From a virus: DNA of 64,000 nt. The notes beneath the pieces were generated by a model, which saw nothing but the letters and a program-made list of their open reading frames with translations, made no database searches and was not told where the DNA came from. Position 1 is the first letter of the stretch. Every line of letters begins with the position of its first letter. Positions 38,786 through 47,800 of this stretch are shown here, one piece after another. The position numbers were made by a program, and so were the translations under genes. The stretch covers positions 1 through 64,000 of IMG/VR virus record IMGVR_UViG_3300043598_000012. One strand, written 5' to 3'.

Positions 38786-39293
38786 CATCCAGCCCATCAG
38801 TGGCGAGGAGTTTCGGCAGCTCGGCTACCTCCAGGAAGTCAACCGTCAGGTGCTGCATCCGCTCGGGCTCGCGCTCTACAACGACCAGGGTTGGAGCAGG
38901 GAGCGAGTCGAGAAGCTGCTCCAGGAGCAAGGTGTCCAGTTCGGCGAGGACGCCATCGACAACATCATGACCTTCCTGGCTCGTGCTGGCCTCATGGAGG
39001 AGCACATCGCCGGAGCTCTCGACGATCGGAGCGACCCCGAGGGTTGGCAGTTCGCTGTGCGAGCCGACCACCTCGAAGAGGACATGGCGGAGTTCACCCG
39101 CAAGCGGATCAACATCGAGGGTGAGTGGACCAGCCGGTCGCTCACTCGCATCGCCAACCTTGGCTACATCGTTCAGGAGGACATCCACGTCCCTGGCATG
39201 CAGCCGCTAGCCTTCGGCGAGGATGATGAGCCAGTTGACGATGAACCAGAAGTTGGTTCTGTCGATTCTGCCTCGCTTCCGGAGGGATCGTGA
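38775..39293 (+). CDS. conserved hypothetical phage protein
   Basis: EFR.LGYLQE.NR..LHPLGLAL motif. Confidence 0.65.
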   Translation: MASDIQPISGEEFRQLGYLQEVNRQVLHPLGLALYNDQGWSRERVEKLLQEQGVQFGEDAIDNIMTFLARAGLMEEHIAGALDDRSDPEGWQFAVRADHLEEDMAEFTRKRINIEGEWTSRSLTRIANLGYIVQEDIHVPGMQPLAFGEDDEPVDDEPEVGSVDSASLPEGS

Positions 39294-39616
39294 GCGAGCC
39301 CACCTACTCTAGAGAGGTGCTCGTCGACCTGTGCGAGCGGGCAGCTGTCCCTGTAGACCACTGGCACGACCGCGACTCAGCGGGGGCTCAGAAGCAGGTG
39401 GGCGAGGCCTTGATGCTCCTCAAGGCTGGGTGCGATTTCTCTATGAGCGAGGATCCCGTCACGGACGAGAAGACCGTCTGGATCAGGGTTGTCTACCCAG
39501 GGTTCAACGCCTTCGAGTGTGGTCGGGATCGTGCCGACGGATACTGGGATGATGACACCTTCTACATCCCCACCAACGTGCGGCTCGCTCGCTCAGAAGG
39601 CAAGGACTGGTACTGA
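39290..39616 (+). CDS. hypothetical protein
   Basis: W.DRDS..AQ.Q, FYIPT..RL....G.DWY; GTGA coupling. Confidence 0.6.
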   Translation: MSEPTYSREVLVDLCERAAVPVDHWHDRDSAGAQKQVGEALMLLKAGCDFSMSEDPVTDEKTVWIRVVYPGFNAFECGRDRADGYWDDDTFYIPTNVRLARSEGKDWY

Positions 39617-39894
39617 TGGGTCTCGTTGGCGCCATGGCCTACCCGCACGCGCTACGAGCAGGGCAGAAGGTGATCTGGGATCAGCGTGATGGTGTGGCGA
39701 CCGTCCTCGTGGTAAAGGACGTGAAGCGCATCACCGTCGAGCACGCTCGTCCGTTCTATGAGGGTAGGCACGGAGTCCGAGATGCCGACTTCACACATGT
39801 TGTGGTGAACTTCAAGGGGCTGCCATGGCCGGTGATCTTCGGGCACATGCAATCGGTGTCCGTGTTCGAACAGCAGTTCCGAGGAGATGACTGA
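39616..39894 (+). CDS. hypothetical protein
   Basis: Coupled on both sides. Confidence 0.5.
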   Translation: MGLVGAMAYPHALRAGQKVIWDQRDGVATVLVVKDVKRITVEHARPFYEGRHGVRDADFTHVVVNFKGLPWPVIFGHMQSVSVFEQQFRGDD

Positions 39895-40460
39895 TGAAGC
39901 GTTACATGTGTTACATCGTGGGAGAACCTGGCAGCGGCAAGACAACGCTGTGCCGAGAGTTCACATCTGACCTTCGCAAGAAGGTCAAGACTGTCCCCTA
40001 CGTGAGCTATACTCACTTCGGCAAGGAGACCATGGAGCTCGGCCACGATCGGGAGACATTCGGGGGTACTGATGCTCTCGGGATGGCTGCCCAGAACCAT
40101 GTGCTGGAGTTCCTGCGTAACGGACCTGGCGCCGAGTACCGCTACATCCTGGCGGAGGGGGACCGGCTTGCCAACGCCAAGTTCTTCGAGGCGGTGCGGG
40201 GCATGGGCATCGACCTGAACGTCTACGCCTTGCTACCTCCGGCCAAGGTCATCGAGCGTCGTCGAGCTGCCCGCAACGCATCCATTGGCAAGGAGCAGAA
40301 CGAGCGGTGGCTGAAGACGAGGGCCACCAAGGTTGCCAACATTGTCCACGATTGGGTTCCACCAGAGCATCGGCTGACCCAAAGACCAGAAGAGGTCCTT
40401 CGGATCATACTGGCAGACGATCCGGTGGCGAAGCAGTTGGCTCGGATGCGCGACTCCTAG
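39894..40460 (+). CDS. P-loop nucleotide kinase, candidate 5-hmdU DNA kinase
   Basis: GEPGSGKTT, F.GTD.L...Q, EGDRL....F, R..R....Q...W...R.TK. Confidence 0.75.
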   Translation: MKRYMCYIVGEPGSGKTTLCREFTSDLRKKVKTVPYVSYTHFGKETMELGHDRETFGGTDALGMAAQNHVLEFLRNGPGAEYRYILAEGDRLANAKFFEAVRGMGIDLNVYALLPPAKVIERRRAARNASIGKEQNERWLKTRATKVANIVHDWVPPEHRLTQRPEEVLRIILADDPVAKQLARMRDS

Positions 40461-40497
40461 TTGGAGTTGTCTGATTCGGTTGTCCTATGCTGTTGTC

Positions 40498-40956
40498 GTG
40501 GAGCTCAAGACGTGTAGCAAATGCAAAGAGAAGAAGCCAATCAGCGAGTTCCACCTCGTGCGCAAAAGCGGTACACAACGGTTCTCTCGATGCAAGCCGT
40601 GCAGGCTACAGGACCAACGCGATTGGTATTCTAGGTTGTCTTCAGAGGAGCGGCGAGCTCGGCAAAAGGCGCCCGAAAGAAACCGAGACCTGCACCTTCG
40701 TCGCACTTATGGAATCACGCTTGCAGAGTTCAATGCCATGTTGCGCCACCAACGAGGACGCTGTGCTATCTGCCGCACCAAGGAGCCAGGTGGCAGGTCT
40801 CGTCACAAGCACGGTTGGTTCGTTGACCATTGTCACAAGACCGGTAAAGTGCGAGGTCTCTTGTGCAGTGACTGCAATTTGCGCCTACTTCCTGGAGCTA
40901 AGGACAGCGTGAAGATCCTTCGAGCGGCCGTCGCGTATCTGGAGCGGACATCGTGA
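40498..40956 (+). CDS. endonuclease VII-family HNH homing endonuclease
   Basis: YGIT, Q.G.CAIC, VDHCHKTGKVRGLLC..CN; leaderless TATGCT-N6-GTG. Confidence 0.88.
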   Translation: MELKTCSKCKEKKPISEFHLVRKSGTQRFSRCKPCRLQDQRDWYSRLSSEERRARQKAPERNRDLHLRRTYGITLAEFNAMLRHQRGRCAICRTKEPGGRSRHKHGWFVDHCHKTGKVRGLLCSDCNLRLLPGAKDSVKILRAAVAYLERTS

Positions 40957-42749
40957 GGATTTGGCTCGCAAAGAAGGATGAGGCACGGGAGCGGCACGTA
41001 GTTGTCGACCTGAACGCTACGGAGGAGAGCGAGTTCATCTTCGTAGTGCGGCGGTTCGTGCTGCCCGAGGGCGTACAGCCTTGGCGAGAGCGGAGTCCCG
41101 CAGGTACCAAGGTTCGCTATCGCTTTGGGATGAGGTGGCTGGACCGACTCATCATGACCTTCCCAGTAGCGGAGCGGTCAGCAGCCATCGATGCCAAGCT
41201 CGCAGCGGACAGCCAGGCACACCTACATCGTCTGAAGAACCCTCCCACGTTCTCGGCGCCCAGCTTCCGAGAGCATGCTCGCACAGGGCGCCACAAGGAC
41301 GGCACACCCTTCACGCTCTACCCACATCAGCTCGTGAGCATCTCCAACGGCTTGCGGGATCCCCGACACATGGTCAACCTGGGTATGGGGTTGGGCAAGA
41401 CAGCCATCGGCTGGGCCATGGCCTGCAAGCTTCGGCCCAAGCGCATGGCCATCATCACCACCTACGGCGGTAAGGCGGTGTGGGAAGACGAGATGGCAGA
41501 GTGGACTCACATCCGCCCAGACCGGCTCCAGGTGGTTGACGGCACAGCCGCTAAGCGCCGAGACCAGATCGGTCAGTTCATGGAGGCTGACCCCAACGAG
41601 GCACGCATCCTGGCCTTCAACTGGGATCTCCTCCGTCTACACCCGGAGATGGCAGACGTCGTGTTCGACTTCATGGTGGTTGACGAGTTCCACCGAGCCA
41701 AGAACCACGAGGCAGCGGTGACGGAGGCTTTCCTCAAGCTGCGAGCGCACCGAGAATTGCTGCTTTCGGGGACTCCCATGATCAACCGTACCGAGGAGCT
41801 CTGGACTCCCCTGCACCGTGTGTGTAGGCGCCGAGACAGCCTCCGGCCGACGGACACCAACAGCAAGTATCCCTCCTCGTGGCTGTTCAACAAAACGCTG
41901 CGCATCAAGTTCGGGGGCAGTGATAGCCTGCTGGGTCGCAACCCCGACTTCATGGAGATGATCAAGCAGGACCTCGACGATCACTCCACTCGTTTCCGTC
42001 GCGATCAGGTGGATCAGGACCTGCCAGAAGTTATTCCGTTTACGGTGAAGGTGCGACTCACCTCCGAGCAGCGGAAACTCTATAACAAGATCCGTGATGA
42101 GTTCAAACTGGAATTGGAGGATGGCCGCACTCACACGGTAAGCGATGCACGCGCCCTGATCACTCGATTGAAGCAGGCCTGTTGGAGCCCCGAGCTCTAC
42201 GGAGGATCGCAAAAGAGCGCCAAGGTCGATGAGCTCCGAGGGATCGTGCGAGACCTTGTAGACGCTGGGGAGAAGGCCATCCTCTTCTCCCAGTGGAGCA
42301 AGGCCACTCGCATCCTTCAGCGTGAGTTCGGACACTACGGGATCGCCTACGTCGATGGCGGAATCAATGCAGCTAAACGGAAGTTGGAAGCGAAGCGGTT
42401 CAACACGGACCCCGATTGCAAGCTCTACATCGGCACTATCGGGGCTAACCGAGAGTCGATTACCCTGGGTGCAGCAACCAATGTTGTCTTTACTGACAAG
42501 GAATGGAGTGACGAGTATAACGACCAGGCTCGGGATCGCTCTGCATCCGGCGGTCTGCGAGGACTCGGCGTCAGCCACGTTAACCTCATCGAGCTGCTAG
42601 CCGAGGACACCGTGGACTTCGACATCGAAGCTGTGCTTGGACGCAAGAGCAATGAGTTCGACGTGGTGGTCGAGAGCGACGGAGGCAATCGGGCCAAGAA
42701 GAAGAGACGGCACCCGCTTACTTTTGACGAATTGATGGCGGCCATCTAG
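40953..42749 (+). CDS. SNF2-family helicase
   Basis: LYPHQ, MGLGKT, VDEFH, LSGTP..N, FSQW, QA.DR. Confidence 0.9.
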   Translation: MRIWLAKKDEARERHVVVDLNATEESEFIFVVRRFVLPEGVQPWRERSPAGTKVRYRFGMRWLDRLIMTFPVAERSAAIDAKLAADSQAHLHRLKNPPTFSAPSFREHARTGRHKDGTPFTLYPHQLVSISNGLRDPRHMVNLGMGLGKTAIGWAMACKLRPKRMAIITTYGGKAVWEDEMAEWTHIRPDRLQVVDGTAAKRRDQIGQFMEADPNEARILAFNWDLLRLHPEMADVVFDFMVVDEFHRAKNHEAAVTEAFLKLRAHRELLLSGTPMINRTEELWTPLHRVCRRRDSLRPTDTNSKYPSSWLFNKTLRIKFGGSDSLLGRNPDFMEMIKQDLDDHSTRFRRDQVDQDLPEVIPFTVKVRLTSEQRKLYNKIRDEFKLELEDGRTHTVSDARALITRLKQACWSPELYGGSQKSAKVDELRGIVRDLVDAGEKAILFSQWSKATRILQREFGHYGIAYVDGGINAAKRKLEAKRFNTDPDCKLYIGTIGANRESITLGAATNVVFTDKEWSDEYNDQARDRSASGGLRGLGVSHVNLIELLAEDTVDFDIEAVLGRKSNEFDVVVESDGGNRAKKKRRHPLTFDELMAAI

Positions 42750-42763
42750 CGTACCATGTCTCG

Positions 42764-42875
42764 GAGAGCCGCAGGTGTTTGCAACACTTCAACCCCATGG
42801 GGTAGATGAGCGACGGAGCCGTGATCCACTTGACCTCTGAGTGGTGCAGGCAGTAGAGGGGCGCCTGCGGCTCTC
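42764..42875 (+). ncRNA. candidate structured sRNA 1
   Basis: CG-TACCAT42752-N6-G; 12-bp terminal stem; internal hairpins; no ORF. Confidence 0.65.
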
Positions 42876-42912
42876 GCTCCCAACTTGGCGAGCATTGGTG
42901 TAAGATGTGGCT

Positions 42913-43209
42913 ATGACCACCGAAAAGGTTCAGCTGCTCGTTCTTCTCACCACCTCTGGGCCGTTGCCCATGGGCTACGCCGACAGTGACAGGGGCAAGG
43001 TGAGCCTGGGGCTCTCAGCGGCTCGCTACCAGCAAGCCAGGCTGGCGCACGGCCACCGCATCGTCGAGCTCTCTCAGCGCCGAGCTTCCTGGTGGATGTG
43101 CCACCAGATGTACGCAGAGCGGCAGATGATGATTGGGCATGCCTTGGCACGGCTCGAAGGCCGCACCTCCATGGGCTACGACGAGTGGCGGTGGGGTCGC
43201 TTCTCTTGA
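42913..43209 (+). CDS. hypothetical protein
   Basis: Leaderless TAAGAT42901-N6-ATG. Confidence 0.55.
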   Translation: MTTEKVQLLVLLTTSGPLPMGYADSDRGKVSLGLSAARYQQARLAHGHRIVELSQRRASWWMCHQMYAERQMMIGHALARLEGRTSMGYDEWRWGRFS

Positions 43210-43270
43210 GGTAGAGGTGTTCTTTCCAACAAGACGTGCGAAGTTGCCAACCGTGAGGCAAGATGTTCCT
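43210..43270 (+). promoter_or_regulatory. class I promoter, copy 2
   Basis: GGTAG43210, GACGTGCG43233, CAAGAT43259, ATG43271. Confidence 0.8.
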
Positions 43271-43681
43271 ATGACCACCACACCTAAGACCGCTGCCGAG
43301 TGGATGCGCCACTACGAACATCTGCCGCTGAAGGATCTGAAGATCCACGCTGGACAGAGCATGGGGCTCAGCACCGCCGGAGGCAGGGAGGCGATCCTGG
43401 ACCGCATCAGGGCTCTTCAGATCGAGGTGTATGGCCTTCCGACTCTTCCGATCAAAGACAAGATCTGGGACGACACGCTCTCCGAGTTCGAGAGCAGCTA
43501 CGAGGCTGTAGGCCATGCGGCCTTCTGGATGTCCTTCACCGGCTCAACCTACGACCACAGCGGCTACTATGAGCTGCGCACTCAACTGGAGGATCTTATC
43601 GACGAGGGCGAGCCTGAAGATGAGAATTGCCAGGATTTCGAGGCGTCACGTTGGAACGTCTACCAGGACTGTGCGTTCTGA
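43271..43681 (+). CDS. SAP-like domain protein
   Basis: YEHL.LKDLK......GLSTAG.R..IL.RI. Confidence 0.6.
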   Translation: MTTTPKTAAEWMRHYEHLPLKDLKIHAGQSMGLSTAGGREAILDRIRALQIEVYGLPTLPIKDKIWDDTLSEFESSYEAVGHAAFWMSFTGSTYDHSGYYELRTQLEDLIDEGEPEDENCQDFEASRWNVYQDCAF

Positions 43682-43874
43682 TGGCCCGCTCCAAGAGGAC
43701 CCTGTTCCTCGACAACCGCAACCGCTGGATCATGTCGGAGCCGACAGACAGCGGGTTCCTCCACACTCGACTCGGCACCACCAACACCTTCCAGACGCGA
43801 GAGCTCGCCGAGAAGGAGATGGTCCGAGTGGTTCGTCGCAGGCAGCGTGCTGCCGTCAAGCAAAGGAAGTCGGC

Positions 43875-44219
43875 ATGACCACCTTCATCACAAAGTTCGA
43901 GAACGACTCGATCCACGCTGTGACGCGTCACACATGGCACGTCACAGGTGTTGAGTATCACCGCAACGGCAGCGGAGGGGAGGGGTTCTATCTCGTCGAG
44001 TTCCACCGTGCGGTCATGGCTTCAGAAGACCATCGGCCCAGAGCAGCAAAGCTCTCCAAGGACAGCATCGTCCGCTACTTGAGCCTTCGAGCGGTAGTCT
44101 TCCGGACGGATTGCCATTGTGCTGTGTTCAACCCAGCCAAGGCAGACGACTGTTACCGTGGTGACAATTTCGAGCGTGGCCTCCGTGAGGTTATCAAGGT
44201 CTACGAGAAGTCGCTCTGA
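43875..44219 (+). CDS. hypothetical protein
   Basis: YHRNG.GGEGF...RGD.FE; ATGA coupling. Confidence 0.55.
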   Translation: MTTFITKFENDSIHAVTRHTWHVTGVEYHRNGSGGEGFYLVEFHRAVMASEDHRPRAAKLSKDSIVRYLSLRAVVFRTDCHCAVFNPAKADDCYRGDNFERGLREVIKVYEKSL

Positions 44220-44497
44220 TGGGCACCCACATCAACGTCGGCCCCCTTCGCTTCCCCAAGCAGGGAGAATGGCTTGGCAAGCGGGTCAACGTCTGCTTCC
44301 ACTTCAAGACCGAGGATCTCTTCCCTGGCACCATCGTGCGGGAGGACAGCGAGGAGCCTGGGCGCCTGATCATTGCGCTCGACGACGGGCGCTACGTCAT
44401 AAGCACGGAGTGCATGTATAGCTTCAACAACGTGCCAACCAACGAGGGTAACACGCCACCGTTCCCCGGCTTCGAGCATGTGATGGGAGGTGCGTGA
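44219..44497 (+). CDS. hypothetical protein
   Basis: FPKQG..LG.RV.VCF...G.IVR.D.EEP...I.LDDGR....EC.Y. Confidence 0.6.
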   Translation: MGTHINVGPLRFPKQGEWLGKRVNVCFHFKTEDLFPGTIVREDSEEPGRLIIALDDGRYVISTECMYSFNNVPTNEGNTPPFPGFEHVMGGA

Positions 44498-44749
44498 TGT
44501 TCAAGGGCTACCTCACGAGGATGGGAACAGTCACCCAGGACACCAAGTCAGCCGTAGATCCCGGGCTGGCTCGCAAGGGTGTGCGCTACTCTACCCGTAC
44601 TGGTGAGGACATCATCGGCGACGTGCACTTGATCCGCTCCTCACCAGCCTTGTGGGATGTCTTTTCACGGAACCCCTATAGGTTTGCCAGGGTGCAGGCT
44701 CCTAACCGGCGCTTCGCCATTGAGGCTGCCTTGGAAGAGGTGAACAGCA

Positions 44750-45172
44750 ATGCCGAAGGGTGATTGCTTCTCACTTGCACTATCGCTCGTGGCGGGGTAC
44801 GTGCATGGTGACCCCGTCAACAATCCCGACGATCAGGCTCCGATGCCTGGCGGCAAGGTCGTCCACGGGCTCCCCATTGGTCGCGGCCCAGAGAACATGG
44901 GCAAGCGGTACTGGCATGCATGGGTAGAGGTTGTCATCAACGGGGTGGTCACCGTCATGGACTACTCCAACGACCAGCGGATCACTATGCCCAGGGACGA
45001 GTACTACCGCTTCGGTAACATACAGCAGGTGTGGCGCTACAACGCTCACCAAGCCCGAGCTCAGTTCAAGAAGCAGCAGCGTTGTGGCCCTTGGGTCAAG
45101 GGCTGGGAGTCCATGAGCGAGGCCAGCGAGCACCGTCTGGCCGCTGAGCAAGCCGTCGCGGAGGGGTCGTGA
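44750..45172 (+). CDS. transglutaminase/papain-like fold protein
   Basis: GDCF, VHG, HAWVE, D.SN give a candidate Cys-His-Asp triad. Confidence 0.55.
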   Translation: MPKGDCFSLALSLVAGYVHGDPVNNPDDQAPMPGGKVVHGLPIGRGPENMGKRYWHAWVEVVINGVVTVMDYSNDQRITMPRDEYYRFGNIQQVWRYNAHQARAQFKKQQRCGPWVKGWESMSEASEHRLAAEQAVAEGS

Positions 45173-45807
45173 AGAAGAACATCGAGCGCGAGGAGCATCC
45201 TGCCTTTGCTATGGCAGAGGTCAACAGGGTGCACGCCACACCGGGCGCCGCTCTGTTCGACAGTGAGCTCCAGCACAGTGAGTACGTGGTGCTCCGCATC
45301 AAGCGAGCCATGCGTAGGCGAGAACTGAAGCGTGATTGGATCACCGACGCCGAGCAGCTCGTTGAGGTTTCCATGAGCATGGCCCAGTGGGGTGCCTTAG
45401 TGTCTTCGTTTGGCACCAACGGAGTGCCTGTGACCCTCAACTGGCTGTCGGGCGAAGGTGATGTAGAGCGGCTTTCCTACGAACCACGCATGGCCGAGTC
45501 GCTCAAGGAGATCGAAGGTGCAGCCACAGAGCTGGTGCATGACATTAGGTGGGCAGCGGACGAGCTCCGGGAGGCCTTCGACAACAAGGCCAGTCGTCGC
45601 GAGGTTGAGGATAAGCTGAGTCACCTGGAGGCCATGATCAACAACGCCCGTGCCGACGCTTGCTTCACGGCCACTCAGTTCTCCAAGCACGTTGAGAACA
45701 CCGTCACCAAGGCTCGTGCGGACATCGAAGCCATGGCCGCATCTGCCCAGCAGCGAGGGATCGAGGCGGGTAGCCTGCCGCTGATGGAGCTTCCTAGTGC
45801 CGACTGA
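45169..45807 (+). CDS. conserved hypothetical phage protein
   Basis: HPAF...LF.S...H...R.L..DW...EV.MS.AQW....S...GVP.T. Confidence 0.7.
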   Translation: MKKNIEREEHPAFAMAEVNRVHATPGAALFDSELQHSEYVVLRIKRAMRRRELKRDWITDAEQLVEVSMSMAQWGALVSSFGTNGVPVTLNWLSGEGDVERLSYEPRMAESLKEIEGAATELVHDIRWAADELREAFDNKASRREVEDKLSHLEAMINNARADACFTATQFSKHVENTVTKARADIEAMAASAQQRGIEAGSLPLMELPSAD

Positions 45808-45974
45808 GAAGCGATGTCGATGCGGGCATCTGATGCGCTGGCACAGGAAGCAGTGGCCAGACCAATGCACGATCTGTGAGCGTCGCTACGGTCCGACTAG
45901 CGCATGCCTACCACCTAAGGGGTGTTCGAACAAGACATCCGCACATAGCACAAAGGCAGGTGTATAATCATTGC

Positions 45975-46298
45975 GTGGCAACGAGAAAGTCAGGAGCAGC
46001 CAACCCAGGAGGAACAGAACGAACAAGGAGGCCAGCAGCCAACCTCGTCCAGCTAGCACTCGGGCGAAGCGTCCGGGTGTGGGGCGAAGCATCGATCACC
46101 GTCGCAGTGACGGACGATCCACCGCAGTTCGTCAAGGTGACGTTCGGGCACGAGCGGCTCGCAAGCAACGACAGCGAGCAGGAGATCCTCAAGACCGAAC
46201 GTCAGATTCACGCAACCAACAGCAAGGTCGTCGAGCGGAGAGCAAGGGAGCTCCGGCAGCTCGTGCATCGGACGATGGACGAGGGCGACTACGGCTGA
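45975..46298 (+). CDS. hypothetical protein
   Basis: Leaderless TG-TATAAT45963-N6-GTG. Confidence 0.6.
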   Translation: MATRKSGAANPGGTERTRRPAANLVQLALGRSVRVWGEASITVAVTDDPPQFVKVTFGHERLASNDSEQEILKTERQIHATNSKVVERRARELRQLVHRTMDEGDYG

Positions 46299-46534
46299 AG
46301 CTCGCACACAAGGATGTTCGCTCCGGTCAGTTCGTCGACCGGCTCGGACAGAAGCTGAGGCAGGGAGCCAAGGTTTGGCACTATCCCTACCGAGGTGAGA
46401 CACGGCATCGAGCCGTAGTGGCGAACGACGGCATCCTGGGACGGATGCTTGCAATCCAACTGGAGGGGGACCCCTTTCCGGTCAACGTAGACCACCGCAG
46501 GGTGGAACTCATGAAGGAGAGAGGACAACAGCAA

Positions 46535-47122
46535 ATGGCAACGACAGCAGCAGCCAACAAGCCTGCGAACGCCCGAGAGGCGCGAGCCATGGCGAAGGAG
46601 CTGGGCATCGAGGGTTGGGAGGACTTGGGCCGAGAGGACCTGCTGTCCGCCATCGCCACTGCTCAGAAGGGAAGTTCAGCAGCAGCTCCGACCAAGGCTC
46701 CAGCAGCCAAGAAGGCTTCAGGGGCCAAGAAGGCTCCGGCGAAGAAGGCAGCCACCAAGCGAGCTCCGGCCAAGGCCAAGGCTCCAACCAAGAAGGCCAG
46801 TGGTGGTCGGGCCAACCCCGATCCCGACGATCCGATCCCGTTCCGTCCGGGCACCAACCTGTACGAGATCGCCAAGGCGCTCCTCAAGGGCGGCAAGCGG
46901 TCGGTCCTCGTCAAGCACCTGAAGCCCAGGCTCAGCTTCAACCCCCGCAAGCAGAGCGCCAAGGACTTCGACACGGATGCCGAGATCGACCGTCGGCTGA
47001 AGGTCATCGGCTACATCCTCAAGAACCAGCACGGCTGGACCTACGCCTCCAACGGCCGCGGTCCCGACGCCCTGATCCAGGCGACGCCTCCGGGCACTGA
47101 GAACAAGGTCGCTGCCAAGTAG
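46535..47122 (+). CDS. histone-H1-like protein: Rho-N-like domain, AKKA repeats, C-terminal domain
   Basis: AKELGI.G...L.R.DL..AI; KKAPAKKAA repeats; purine-rich RBS; strong codon bias. Confidence 0.7.
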   Translation: MATTAAANKPANAREARAMAKELGIEGWEDLGREDLLSAIATAQKGSSAAAPTKAPAAKKASGAKKAPAKKAATKRAPAKAKAPTKKASGGRANPDPDDPIPFRPGTNLYEIAKALLKGGKRSVLVKHLKPRLSFNPRKQSAKDFDTDAEIDRRLKVIGYILKNQHGWTYASNGRGPDALIQATPPGTENKVAAK

Positions 47123-47152
47123 CTCATCCCCAACGGCTACTAGCGGCTGAGC

Positions 47153-47178
47153 CAGTGGGACCCTTCGGGGTCCCACTG
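47153..47178 (+). terminator. UUCG-capped hairpin terminator
   Basis: CAGTGGGACCC-TTCG-GGGTCCCACTG. Confidence 0.85.
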
Positions 47179-47193
47179 TCGCGTATGGATGAG

Positions 47194-47274
47194 AATTGCT
47201 GCTTTCTTGAGCCGTCAGTGAATTGCTGTTATTTTGGGGCGTCAGTAAATTGCTGCTTTTCGGGGCGTACTATG
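47194..47274 (+). repeat. three 27-bp imperfect tandem repeats
   Basis: AATTGCTG at 47194, 47221, 47248. Confidence 0.85.
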
Positions 47275-47279
47275 TCGGT

Positions 47280-47684
47280 GTGGAACCTCGCAACCCTGCT
47301 CTCCGAGAGCACGTCACACGAGTCGGCTTCAACCTCTCGCTCACCACCACGCAGATCGCCATCCTCGTCGAGATCAACGAGTGCTGGGCCAAGGACCGGC
47401 ACGTCGTAGGTTGGGGTTCTCCTTGGTCACACTTCGCCAGCACGTCGAGAGCTCTCCGAGTTCGAGGTCTGGTGTGGCACGAGTTCCCGGAGTGCAGTGC
47501 GGAGGATCGCTACAAGCACCCTCCCAGCGAGTACTTCGGGCTCACTGCGGCTGGTCAGTTCGTTGTGGGGTTGCTGTCTGAGGCAGGCCTCTACGAGGAC
47601 GTGCTGGAGATGATGCGCCGTCACGAGGCGGAGGGGCGCCTGAAGACGTGGTCTCACGAGCAGCATCTAGCGAACAGACCTTGA
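47280..47684 (+). CDS. possible winged-helix protein
   Basis: Leaderless CG-TACTAT-N6-GTG; L..RGLV...LT.AG..V..LL.EAGL. Confidence 0.55.
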   Translation: MEPRNPALREHVTRVGFNLSLTTTQIAILVEINECWAKDRHVVGWGSPWSHFASTSRALRVRGLVWHEFPECSAEDRYKHPPSEYFGLTAAGQFVVGLLSEAGLYEDVLEMMRRHEAEGRLKTWSHEQHLANRP

Positions 47685-47749
47685 GGTAGAAGGGTCTTTC
47701 CAGAAACTTTCAGAAATCACGTGCGTTCTGGTTACGGCTGGGGTATAGT
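47685..47749 (+). promoter_or_regulatory. class I promoter, copy 3 (10-bp internal duplication)
   Basis: GGTAG47685, CACGTGCG47718, TATAGT47744. Confidence 0.8.
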
Positions 47750-47800
47750 CACTTCAGACCGCTTCACCGAGGAGCGGACCCAGCACCAAGGAGTACCACC

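Noticed and set aside
47194-47274. Mini CRISPR array
   Set aside because: Units are contiguous, with no unique spacers
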